A DNA stretch of 64,000 nt from Gammaproteobacteria bacterium (GTDB lineage: Bacteria > Pseudomonadota > Gammaproteobacteria > JABCZS01), in NCBI GenBank assembly GCA_013289085.1, contig JABDAR010000002.1, forward strand, positions 69,943 through 133,942, written 5' to 3'. Both the position numbers and the translations under genes were made by a program. Below the pieces are notes generated by a model. The model was not told the DNA's origin. It ran no database searches and saw only the letters and a program-made list of their open reading frames with translations. Every line of letters starts with the position of its first letter. The first letter of the stretch is position 1. This document shows, piece after piece, positions 20,040 through 28,182 of the stretch.

Positions 20040-21179
20040 CTAAGATTTCGACATGGGCGGCGCAAGCCAAGTCATTGGATTTTGCACCTCGCCATTAAAG
20101 CGTATTTCGAAGTATAACCCAGGATTTGCAACTGGGCCGCTTTTTCCGACCTGAGCTATAGATTCATTGACATCTACCCAATCACCTGCATTCTTATATA
20201 AACTTTGATTATGGGCATATAAGCTCATATAACCATCGCCGTGATCTACAATAGTAATCAAACCAAAACCTCGTAACCAATCTGCATAAACCACGCGCCC
20301 TTTATATATAGAACGCACGTCCTCTCCTTCAGGCGCTGCAATTAATATACCTTGCCAAGTATTATTACCGACATTGCTTTCCCCAAAACGATGCAGCACT
20401 TTGCCTTGCACCGGCCATGAAAGTCGACCTTGATGCGTTTTAATTGGTTTATTAGCATTACCCGTAAAAGTCGAACCACTTTGTTTTTTAAGACTGGCAA
20501 GCACGGCTTCTAGCGCTTGTTTATCGGCTTCTAAACTTTCTAAAGTCTGATTTTTTTCTTTAATATCGGTAAGCAATTCCTCAACTAAAGCACTTTGGGA
20601 TCTTTTTTGTTGAGTAAGTTCAGCATAAACAGCAGCTTGCTCCATTTCTAGCACATTTAATTTTTCTTGTTGTAATAATTGCTGCGCTCGTGTTTGCGCC
20701 AAGCTGTCTGTATCAATTTGAATTTGCGTGGCAATTTGACTGCGTGCCGCATTAAAATAATCAAAATAAACCAATAAACGACCTACAGTATGTGGATCGG
20801 ATTGATTAAGTAATAATTTCAATCCATCGAATTGTCCTAATAAAAAAGCACCGCGAATTTGTTCTCGCAACGCATCTTGTTGCACCTGCAATTCTTTTAG
20901 ACGCACTTCATATTCTACAGTCAGTGCTTCTAATACTTCTTCGGTTTTTGCAAGTTGATTTTGAGTTTTTTTCAAACTTTTAGACGATGTGGAAATTTCT
21001 AAATCTAGTTTTTTTAATTCATCTTGGAGTTTTTGTTGTTGATTTTTATCGGCAACCAATTCTGTAGTTAAATTTTTAATTTTATCAACCACAGTTTGTA
21101 GTTTAGTTTGCGAATCTGCAGAAGAATCTGCAAAGACCGCGCATGAAAAAAATAATATCCCTATAAAAAATAATCTCAT
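20040..21179 (-). CDS. envC: murein hydrolase activator / M23 (LytM) peptidase with coiled-coil N-terminus
   Basis: 379 aa with a signal peptide, a long Q/E/L-rich coiled coil and a C-terminal LytM domain (HGDGYMSLYAHNQSL, GLYFEIR). It has the conserved gpmI-envC position and overlaps the gpmI stop (ATGA). Confidence 0.8.
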   Translation of the reverse strand: MRLFFIGILFFSCAVFADSSADSQTKLQTVVDKIKNLTTELVADKNQQQKLQDELKKLDLEISTSSKSLKKTQNQLAKTEEVLEALTVEYEVRLKELQVQQDALREQIRGAFLLGQFDGLKLLLNQSDPHTVGRLLVYFDYFNAARSQIATQIQIDTDSLAQTRAQQLLQQEKLNVLEMEQAAVYAELTQQKRSQSALVEELLTDIKEKNQTLESLEADKQALEAVLASLKKQSGSTFTGNANKPIKTHQGRLSWPVQGKVLHRFGESNVGNNTWQGILIAAPEGEDVRSIYKGRVVYADWLRGFGLITIVDHGDGYMSLYAHNQSLYKNAGDWVDVNESIAQVGKSGPVANPGLYFEIRFNGEVQNPMTWLAPPMSKS

Positions 21180-22696
21180 TTTAATAACACGCGTCCTGTC
21201 ATTGGCTTTGGAATCGGCAATTCCATTAAAGATAAAATCGTTGGAGCTATATCGGCTAAAATGCCTTTATCATGTAGCACCGTAACGGGATGACCCACAT
21301 AAATAAAAGGCACTAGATCTAACGTATGTGCCGTATGGGCTTGATTGGTTTTCTCATCAAACATTTGCTCAACATTCCCATGATCAGCAGTGATGATACA
21401 TTCACCCCCCACTTGCTTTAAAGCATCAGTAATACGTCCTAAACACGCATCAATAGTCTCTACCGCTTGAATAGCAGCCGATAAATCTCCAGTGTGACCC
21501 ACCATATCTGGATTTGCATAATTCACAATAATACCATCAAATTTTTGCGATATAATTGCATTCACTAAAGCATCGGTCACTTCTATCGCACTCATTTGTG
21601 GTTTTAGATCATACGTTGCGACTTTGGGTGAAGGAATTAAAATACGTTCCTCGCCAGGAAAGGGTGCCTCAGCACCGCCATTAATAAAAAAAGTGACATG
21701 CGCGTATTTTTCAGTTTCTGCCAAACGCAATTGAGTTAAGCCATTTTGGGCCCAAACTTCACCTAAGACTGGAGACAAATTAGCGGGCGCAAATGCAATC
21801 TCACTTTTAATATCACCAGCATATTGTGTCATGGTTACAAAAGAAGATAAAGGAATCATCTCGCGCGCAAATCCTTTAAAATCAGCATCAATAAACGCAT
21901 GGCTTAATTCCCTTGCTCTGTCTGCACGAAAATTAGCAAAAATAATTCCATCTTGCTTTGCAATGCCTTTATAATGTTCATCCACAATAATCGGTTTAAC
22001 AAATTCATCTGTAATTTTCTGTTGATACGCGGTTTCTAATGCATCTAATGCAGAATTGGCGCGAAGTCCTTTTGCATTTGCAATTGCTTCATAAGCGAGT
22101 TGCACCCGATCCCAACGTGAATCTCTATCCATGGCATAATAACGTCCCATAATAGTGGCAATTTCACCTACACCTAATTCTTTTAATTTTTCTTCTAAGG
22201 CGACAATAGAGCTTCGCGCACTTTTAGGCGGAACATCACGACCATCTAAAAAGGCATGTACTTTAATTGATTTAACGCCGGCATTTTTTGCGGCCTCTAA
22301 TAAAGCATATAAATGACGTTCATGGCTGTGTACACCGCCTTCTGATAATAAACCCATAAGATGAAGAGTCTTTTGCTGACTCACCAATTTTTCAAATAGC
22401 TGACTAAATGCAGGATTATGAGCAAATTCACCGTCTCTAATAGCCTTTTCAATTCGGGTAAAATCTTGATACACAATACGACCTGCACCTATATTCATAT
22501 GGCCAACTTCAGAGTTACCCATTTGTCCTGAAGGTAAACCTACATCTTCATTGCTTGCAGATAATAATAAATGTGGATATGTTTGCCAAAGGCGATCCCA
22601 AACGGGCGTTTTGGCACAGGTAATAGCATTGTCTTTCGCGGCCTCACGATGTCCCCAGCCATCCAAAATCAATAATAAAAAAGGCTTTGCGCGCAT
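21176..22696 (-). CDS. gpmI: 2,3-bisphosphoglycerate-independent phosphoglycerate mutase
   Basis: LLLILDGWGH N-terminus and typical iPGM motifs. The ORF is open to 22708, but the ATG at 22696 follows GAGGA by 5 nt. Confidence 0.9.
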   Translation of the reverse strand: MRAKPFLLLILDGWGHREAAKDNAITCAKTPVWDRLWQTYPHLLLSASNEDVGLPSGQMGNSEVGHMNIGAGRIVYQDFTRIEKAIRDGEFAHNPAFSQLFEKLVSQQKTLHLMGLLSEGGVHSHERHLYALLEAAKNAGVKSIKVHAFLDGRDVPPKSARSSIVALEEKLKELGVGEIATIMGRYYAMDRDSRWDRVQLAYEAIANAKGLRANSALDALETAYQQKITDEFVKPIIVDEHYKGIAKQDGIIFANFRADRARELSHAFIDADFKGFAREMIPLSSFVTMTQYAGDIKSEIAFAPANLSPVLGEVWAQNGLTQLRLAETEKYAHVTFFINGGAEAPFPGEERILIPSPKVATYDLKPQMSAIEVTDALVNAIISQKFDGIIVNYANPDMVGHTGDLSAAIQAVETIDACLGRITDALKQVGGECIITADHGNVEQMFDEKTNQAHTAHTLDLVPFIYVGHPVTVLHDKGILADIAPTILSLMELPIPKPMTGRVLLK

Positions 22697-22732
22697 GAAA
22701 ATCCTCATATCTTTTAAAAATAAATGAATTCA

Positions 22733-22847
22733 CCCCCTTTATGAAAGGGGGTCGGCCGTAGGCCGGGGGGATTTTGCAAGCTTTAACGTATATGCAAAAA
22801 TCGCAAAATCCCCCCGCCTTGCAGGCGGCCCCCTTTCATAAAGGGGG
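22733..22847. repeat. 115-bp GC-rich nested inverted-repeat element (MITE/REP-like)
   Basis: Two 45-bp arms (22733..22777 and 22803..22847) lie in inverted orientation around a 25-bp AT-rich spacer. Each arm holds a local hairpin CCCCCTTT-ATG-AAAGGGGG, a second 5-bp hairpin (CGGCC-GTA-GGCCG versus CGCCT-TGC-AGGCG) and GGGGGATTTTGC. Confidence 0.8.
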
Positions 22848-22921
22848 CGATATATTATGTGTTGCCAGTATAAAGTATGATATCATTTTCCTCTACTGAT
22901 ATCGCAAAGAGACCAAAACCC

Positions 22922-23338
22922 ATGCAATTACTTGAATTTATGACCAACCACTGGCCGCTTGTTGCCGCCTTTGTCATTTTACTATTATTACTCATCTTTT
23001 CAGAAATGCGTGCCCGCATGAGTGGCGCCCAAAAAGCAACGCCTCATCAAGCCACATTATTAATTAATAAAGAAGATGCGCAGGTGTTTGATTTGCGTGA
23101 TGAATTAGCTTACAAAAAAGGCCATATCATTAGCGCAAAACACATGCTTCCCGCACAAGTCCGTGCGGATACAAAATTATCTATGGATAAACCCATATTA
23201 CTGGTTTGCCAATCGGGTTATCAATCACCCGCATTAGGCAGAGAATTACGCAAAAAAGGCTTTAAACACGTCTATTATCTCGCAGGCGGTATTGATAATT
23301 GGCTAGGTAGCGGTTTATTACTGACAAAAGGCAAATAA
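22922..23338 (+). CDS. yibN: membrane-anchored rhodanese-domain protein (YibN-like)
   Basis: N-terminal TM helix plus a rhodanese fold with Cys loop (LVCQSGYQS). It has the conserved yibN-grxC-secB-gpsA order. The start at MQLLEFMTNHWPL (22922) is preferred over the ORF-track 22877 by comparison with the E. coli YibN N-terminus as I recall it. Confidence 0.7.
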   Translation: MQLLEFMTNHWPLVAAFVILLLLLIFSEMRARMSGAQKATPHQATLLINKEDAQVFDLRDELAYKKGHIISAKHMLPAQVRADTKLSMDKPILLVCQSGYQSPALGRELRKKGFKHVYYLAGGIDNWLGSGLLLTKGK

Positions 23339-23340
23339 TC

Positions 23341-23595
23341 ATGGCTAAAGTGGAACTTTATTTCGCACCATGGTGTCCATATTGCCGACGTGCGAAACAA
23401 TTATTGGATGAAAAACAAGTCAACTACACATTAATTGATGTCGATGCTAAACCGAGTGAACGTGATAATATGCAACAACGCGGAGCGGGACATACTATTC
23501 CACAAATTTTTATCAATGATAAATCTATTGGCGGCTGCGATGATCTGTATGCGCTGGAAGCCAAGGGCGAACTTGAAAAACTACTCAATACATAA
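23341..23595 (+). CDS. grxC: glutaredoxin 3
   Basis: 84 aa with the CPYC active site and GGCDD motif. Confidence 0.9.
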   Translation: MAKVELYFAPWCPYCRRAKQLLDEKQVNYTLIDVDAKPSERDNMQQRGAGHTIPQIFINDKSIGGCDDLYALEAKGELEKLLNT

Positions 23596-23607
23596 GGAAA
23601 TCATCTC

Positions 23608-24069
23608 ATGAGCGAACAAGCAAAACCTGAATTTTCAATTCAACGTATTTACACTAAAGATATTTCATTTGAATCTCCAAAAACACCAGAACTATTTACT
23701 GAGCAATGGACTCCGGAAGTTAAAATGGAAATTAATACCAATGCCAAAGCGATTAAAGATCCTTTGTATGAAGTCGGTTTAAAAATCACTGTCACTGTCC
23801 AACACAAAGACAATGTCGCTTTTTTAATTGAAGTGATGCAAGCCGGTTTATTTACCTTAAAAGATTTTGACAAAGCCCAACTTCACCAAATGCTGGGCAG
23901 TTTTTGTCCCAATATTTTATATCCCTATGCACGCGAAGTGATTTCAAGCCTCGCCGCACACGGTGGCTTTCCCGCCTTATATTTATCGCCCATTAATTTT
24001 GATGCACTGTACGCGCAACAAGTAAAAAAGCTTAAAGAAGCCAGTGATCAAAAAGAAATTATTGTTTAA
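23608..24069 (+). CDS. secB: protein-export chaperone SecB
   Basis: 153 aa. FSIQRIYTKDISFE N-terminal motif and conserved gene order. Confidence 0.9.
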   Translation: MSEQAKPEFSIQRIYTKDISFESPKTPELFTEQWTPEVKMEINTNAKAIKDPLYEVGLKITVTVQHKDNVAFLIEVMQAGLFTLKDFDKAQLHQMLGSFCPNILYPYAREVISSLAAHGGFPALYLSPINFDALYAQQVKKLKEASDQKEIIV

Positions 24070-24071
24070 TC

Positions 24072-25049
24072 ATGACAAGCAAAAGCACATCTCCCATTGC
24101 AGTATTAGGCGCAGGTTCCTGGGGATGTGCTTTAGCATTGGTGCTCGCAGATAATGGTATTCCCGTACATTTGTGGGGCCAAACCATTCGCATTGATAAA
24201 TATTTACCTGATGTTAAATTACCCGCTTTAATTACCATTCATGAAAATATGCAGGACGCTTTAAAAAATTGCTCAGCTATTTTAATTGTGGTACCGAGTC
24301 ACGCCTTTATCGATGTCATCAAAAAAATAATAGTTTATGATGCGAAACATTTACCCATCGCTTGGGGTACAAAAGGTTTAACGGAAAATTGCGAATTGTT
24401 ATCGGTGGCTGCAAAAAAATTATTGGGTAATCAGGCAAAATTGTGCGTATTATCGGGTCCCTCTTTTGCAAGTGAAGTCGCCCAAAAACAACCGACCGCC
24501 ATTACTGCTGCAAGTGAAGATGATTCTGCCCTTTTTTGGCAAACAGAATTACATACTGATTATTTTCGCATTTACACCAGTCATGACATGATAGGCGCAC
24601 AATTAGGTGGTGCTTGTAAAAATGTCCTGGCCATTGCTGTAGGTATTGCTGATGGTCTAGGTTTTGGCGCTAATACTCGGGCAGCATTAATGACCCGCGG
24701 TTTTGCAGAAATTTTACGTTTAGGAAATGCCATGGGCGCACAAGCATCTACATTGATGGGACTATCTGGCATTGGCGATTTAATTTTAACCTGCAGCGAA
24801 AATCAGTCTCGTAATCGCAGATTTGGTGTAGCGATTGGCAAAGGCCAAAATATCAGTGAAATTAAACAAACCATAGGCCAAGTGGTCGAAGGCGAAAAAA
24901 CCACACAATTAGTCTATCAATTAGCACAACGCTTAAACATCAGTATGCCCATTACCGAGCAAATTTACCAAATTCTTTATCACGGTCAAGATGCCAAACT
25001 TGCGGTTAAAACCTTGCTTGAGCGGGCACCGGCCATAGAGCATTTCTAG
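24072..25049 (+). CDS. gpsA: NAD(P)H-dependent glycerol-3-phosphate dehydrogenase
   Basis: 325 aa with GAGSWG dinucleotide fold and GLKNVLAIA-like GACKNVLAIAVG motif. Confidence 0.9.
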   Translation: MTSKSTSPIAVLGAGSWGCALALVLADNGIPVHLWGQTIRIDKYLPDVKLPALITIHENMQDALKNCSAILIVVPSHAFIDVIKKIIVYDAKHLPIAWGTKGLTENCELLSVAAKKLLGNQAKLCVLSGPSFASEVAQKQPTAITAASEDDSALFWQTELHTDYFRIYTSHDMIGAQLGGACKNVLAIAVGIADGLGFGANTRAALMTRGFAEILRLGNAMGAQASTLMGLSGIGDLILTCSENQSRNRRFGVAIGKGQNISEIKQTIGQVVEGEKTTQLVYQLAQRLNISMPITEQIYQILYHGQDAKLAVKTLLERAPAIEHF

Positions 25050-25111
25050 CTTAATGTTTTTTTAAGAAAACAAACTTATAATATGTGAAAACATATTAAA
25101 GGTGAAGAATA

Positions 25112-25771
25112 ATGCTATCCCAGAAACTACAAGATTTTATTGATAAAATAGAGAAAAATGGCAATCAGTTTACTCATGATGACGTCAGTGAATTAATGGC
25201 ATTTTTTCCCAGCAACGTTCCTGAAGATAATGAATTTGTTTTAAAAAATTTGAACGCATTAACCTGTAGTTTCCCTGAAGTTATCTATAATTTTATGTGT
25301 AATAATACAAATACTCTCTTAAGCCCAGACTATTTTAATGAAAACACCCTTGATTTTATACTGAACGCTATACAAGTTTTTAGTCTATGTGCCATTACAA
25401 ATGAAAATAAAAAATTTAGAGATAAATATGATTATATGTTGCATTATTTAGGAGAGAATTTAGCAGATAAAATCGTCGTCTTTCCAGCAAATTATTTTGC
25501 AAAGACCCTGGAAACTTGTCATGAAATTTTAAAAACCCCACTATTAAGCAAAGCATTTACTACCAGTTTTTTAGGAATAATTAATCATCGTCGTCCTGAT
25601 TTAACAACATCTACACTGACATCAAACATTAACTCCAACACTGCTGTCGTTTCGAAATTAAAAACAAGATCTTACCAACTGATCGATTTTTCATCATGTC
25701 CACCTTTGAGCACAAATCAAAATACGGCACCCAATAAATATCCGAAAATGCGAAAGACGCAAATCACATGA
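25112..25771 (+). CDS. hypothetical protein (orphan; S/T/N-rich C-terminal tail)
   Basis: 219-aa ORF preceded by AAAGGTGAAG, with a perfect TATAAT at 25077..25082. It has no TM helix or signal peptide. The spot-counted region is AT-rich. I recognise no family. Confidence 0.55.
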   Translation: MLSQKLQDFIDKIEKNGNQFTHDDVSELMAFFPSNVPEDNEFVLKNLNALTCSFPEVIYNFMCNNTNTLLSPDYFNENTLDFILNAIQVFSLCAITNENKKFRDKYDYMLHYLGENLADKIVVFPANYFAKTLETCHEILKTPLLSKAFTTSFLGIINHRRPDLTTSTLTSNINSNTAVVSKLKTRSYQLIDFSSCPPLSTNQNTAPNKYPKMRKTQIT

Positions 25772-26238
25772 GCAAACCCATTGAAATGTTTGTAAAATTT
25801 TTGAATGAGCGTAAAGATGATATCCCAACGCTTGATGCTTGCATAAAAAATCTAGAAAAAGCCCAGCAATTTAAAAATGTCTTGGTTCACATGATGAGTT
25901 CACGAAACCCTGATGATGCTGCATTAGCATTTAAAATAATTAAAATGGCTTTTATTTATGCCAAAACAAGACCACCCTTAATGAAAGACTTAATCGATGC
26001 ATTAATTTTCGCTATCCCCACCCAGAATGAACATGTTTTACAATTTATCGCGACCATGAGCCGGCATTTTATTTTTGAGGGTAAGTACCAGGGTTTACAA
26101 GATAGATTTAATCATTTTTTAGTACAAATTAATCACTACGATAGTTCACTACTGCCTTCATGGACATCTACATCATCTAATGAACAAAAAAATCTATCTA
26201 CCCAAACTTCTGCTGGCGCCAAGCCTCATATAATATAA
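25768..26238 (+). CDS. hypothetical protein (orphan; S/T-rich C-terminal tail)
   Basis: 156-aa ORF whose start overlaps the upstream stop (ATGA). Its 3' end overlaps the trmL 3' end by 41 nt. I recognise no family. Confidence 0.5.
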   Translation: MSKPIEMFVKFLNERKDDIPTLDACIKNLEKAQQFKNVLVHMMSSRNPDDAALAFKIIKMAFIYAKTRPPLMKDLIDALIFAIPTQNEHVLQFIATMSRHFIFEGKYQGLQDRFNHFLVQINHYDSSLLPSWTSTSSNEQKNLSTQTSAGAKPHII

Positions 26239-26641
26239 CAGCAGCAGCATTGGATAGATTGAGACTACGGGAATGTGGCAGCATGGGAATTCTAATTTTT
26301 TTATTTTCAGCAAATGTATTTAAGATTTCTGATGGTAGACCTCTTGTTTCTGGGCCGAATAAAAATGCATCATCTTGTAGATATTGATGATCAGTATAAT
26401 TTGTTTTGGCTTTAGTCGTCACTGCATAAACATTTTTATTTTCAAAAAATAATAAATCATCATGTTGGGTTACGCTGGCCCATTCTTGGTAATCTAGGCC
26501 TGCGCGGCGTAGTTGTTTATCTTCTAAAGTAAAACCTAAGGGTTTAATGAGATGTAAATGACAGCCGGTATTGGCGCATAAACGGATGATATTGCCGGTA
26601 TTTGGGGGGATTTCGGGTTGGTACAGAATTATATGGAACAT
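26198..26641 (-). CDS. trmL: tRNA (cytidine/uridine-34-2'-O)-methyltransferase, SpoU family
   Basis: 147 aa. YQPEIPPNTGNIIRLC and the C-terminal SLNLSNAAAVILYE knot motif are typical of TrmL. Confidence 0.85.
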   Translation of the reverse strand: MFHIILYQPEIPPNTGNIIRLCANTGCHLHLIKPLGFTLEDKQLRRAGLDYQEWASVTQHDDLLFFENKNVYAVTTKAKTNYTDHQYLQDDAFLFGPETRGLPSEILNTFAENKKIRIPMLPHSRSLNLSNAAAVILYEAWRQQKFG

Positions 26642-26642
26642 T

Positions 26643-26657
26643 CAAAATCCCCCCGCC
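26643..26657. repeat. 15-nt fragment identical to part of the 22733..22847 element
   Basis: CAAAATCCCCCCGCC at 26643..26657 is identical to 22804..22818. It lies in the 25-nt glnA-trmL spacer and supplies the G-rich Shine-Dalgarno of trmL. Confidence 0.6.
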
Positions 26658-26666
26658 GGCGTATTT

Positions 26667-28073
26667 TTACAAACTGTAGTACATGTCGAATTCAATCGGA
26701 TGTGGTGCCATGCGGAATCTGTCCACTTCAATCATTTTGAGTTCGATATAAGCGTCAATTAAATCATCACTAAATACATTGCCTGCTTTTAAGAAAGCAC
26801 GATCTTTATGAAGTTCTTCTAGCGCTTGTTCTAATGAAGAACAAACAGTAGGAATACGCAGTGCTTCTTCTTTGGGTAATGCATATAAATTTTGATCATT
26901 AGCTTCCCCTGGATGAATTTTATTTTGGATCCCATCAAGACCTGCCATCAACATTGCAGCAAATCCAAAATAAGGATTGCTGGCACAATCTGGAAAACGT
27001 ACTTCAATACGACGTGCTTTTTCAGAATTGGTATAAGGCACACGAATAGAAGCCGAACGATTATGTGCTGAATATGCAAGCATTACCGGTGCTTCGTAAC
27101 CGGGTACTAAACGTTTATAACTATTAGTAGTGGCATTGGTAAAAGCATTAATCGCACGCGCGTGTTTCATAATCCCGCCAATATAAAACAGAGCCATTTC
27201 TGATAAGTGCGCATAGGCATTACCCGCAAATAAATTTTTACCATTTTTAGCCAGTGATTGATGCACGTGCATACCACTACCGTTATCACCCAATAATGGT
27301 TTCGGCATAAAAGTTGCGGTTTTACCGTAAGCATGGGCGACATTATGAATCACATATTTAAACATTAACATTTCATCGGCTTTATGCGTTAATGTTCTAC
27401 ACGCTGTAGTAATTTCATTTTGGTTAGCCGTTGCCACTTCATGGTGATGATTTTCTACAATCATGCCCATTTTTTCTAAAATTAAACACATGGCACTGCG
27501 CAAATCATGTGAGGAATCAACCGGTGGCACAGGGAAATATCCACCTTTTACACCAGGACGATGGCCAGTATTGCCTTCTTCATAAGTTTTATCTGAGTTC
27601 CAAGCACCTTCGTCTGAATCTACTCGATAAGAACAACCATTAATATTGATTGAAGATTTCACATCATCAAAAATAAAAAATTCAGGTTCTGGACCAAAAT
27701 AACAAGTATCCGCTAAGCCGGTTGAAGTTAAGTATTCTTCTGCACGTTGGGCTGTAGACCGTGGGCAACGGCTGTAAGGTTGTAAATTGTCAGGATCAAC
27801 CACATTACAACGTAATATCATTGTCGGTTCTTCAGTAAATGGATCCATAACCGCAGTAGACTCATCAATCGTCAGCATCATGTCGGAATGATTAATTTCC
27901 CGCCAGCCAGCGATACTCGAGCCATCAAACATTTTTCCGCCCTTAATAAAATCTTCATCCACGATTTTGGCAGATACGGCCGTATGATGTTCTTTACCCA
28001 CACTATCCACAAAACGGAAATCTACAAAGGATACTTGGTGTTCTTTAATCATTTTCATTGCTGGTGAAGACAT
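26667..28073 (-). CDS. glnA: glutamine synthetase type I
   Basis: 468 aa with GS-I motifs, including the adenylylation-loop NLYALPKEE. Confidence 0.95.
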   Translation of the reverse strand: MSSPAMKMIKEHQVSFVDFRFVDSVGKEHHTAVSAKIVDEDFIKGGKMFDGSSIAGWREINHSDMMLTIDESTAVMDPFTEEPTMILRCNVVDPDNLQPYSRCPRSTAQRAEEYLTSTGLADTCYFGPEPEFFIFDDVKSSININGCSYRVDSDEGAWNSDKTYEEGNTGHRPGVKGGYFPVPPVDSSHDLRSAMCLILEKMGMIVENHHHEVATANQNEITTACRTLTHKADEMLMFKYVIHNVAHAYGKTATFMPKPLLGDNGSGMHVHQSLAKNGKNLFAGNAYAHLSEMALFYIGGIMKHARAINAFTNATTNSYKRLVPGYEAPVMLAYSAHNRSASIRVPYTNSEKARRIEVRFPDCASNPYFGFAAMLMAGLDGIQNKIHPGEANDQNLYALPKEEALRIPTVCSSLEQALEELHKDRAFLKAGNVFSDDLIDAYIELKMIEVDRFRMAPHPIEFDMYYSL

Positions 28074-28134
28074 GGGGGAAACTCCTATGCTATATGTTTA
28101 ACTAGAATTGTGGCAGTCGAACCTAAAAAAGTTC

Positions 28135-28163
28135 ATACTACACAACTGCCTCGATACCGTCAA
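28135..28163 (-). promoter_or_regulatory. candidate sigma-70 promoter for glnA
   Basis: The minus strand reads TTGACG (28163..28158), a 17-nt spacer, then TAGTAT (28140..28135), about 60 nt upstream of the glnA ATG. Confidence 0.4.
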
Positions 28164-28182
28164 TTAAGGCGAACAACAAAAT

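Noticed and set aside
28108-28125. TGGCAG motif upstream of glnA that looked like a sigma-54 -24 element. Nitrogen-regulated glnA promoters are often sigma-54 dependent.
   Set aside because: It is on the plus strand, so it points away from glnA. The expected -12 element (TTGC) is absent at the correct spacing. A plausible sigma-70 promoter exists on the correct strand instead.
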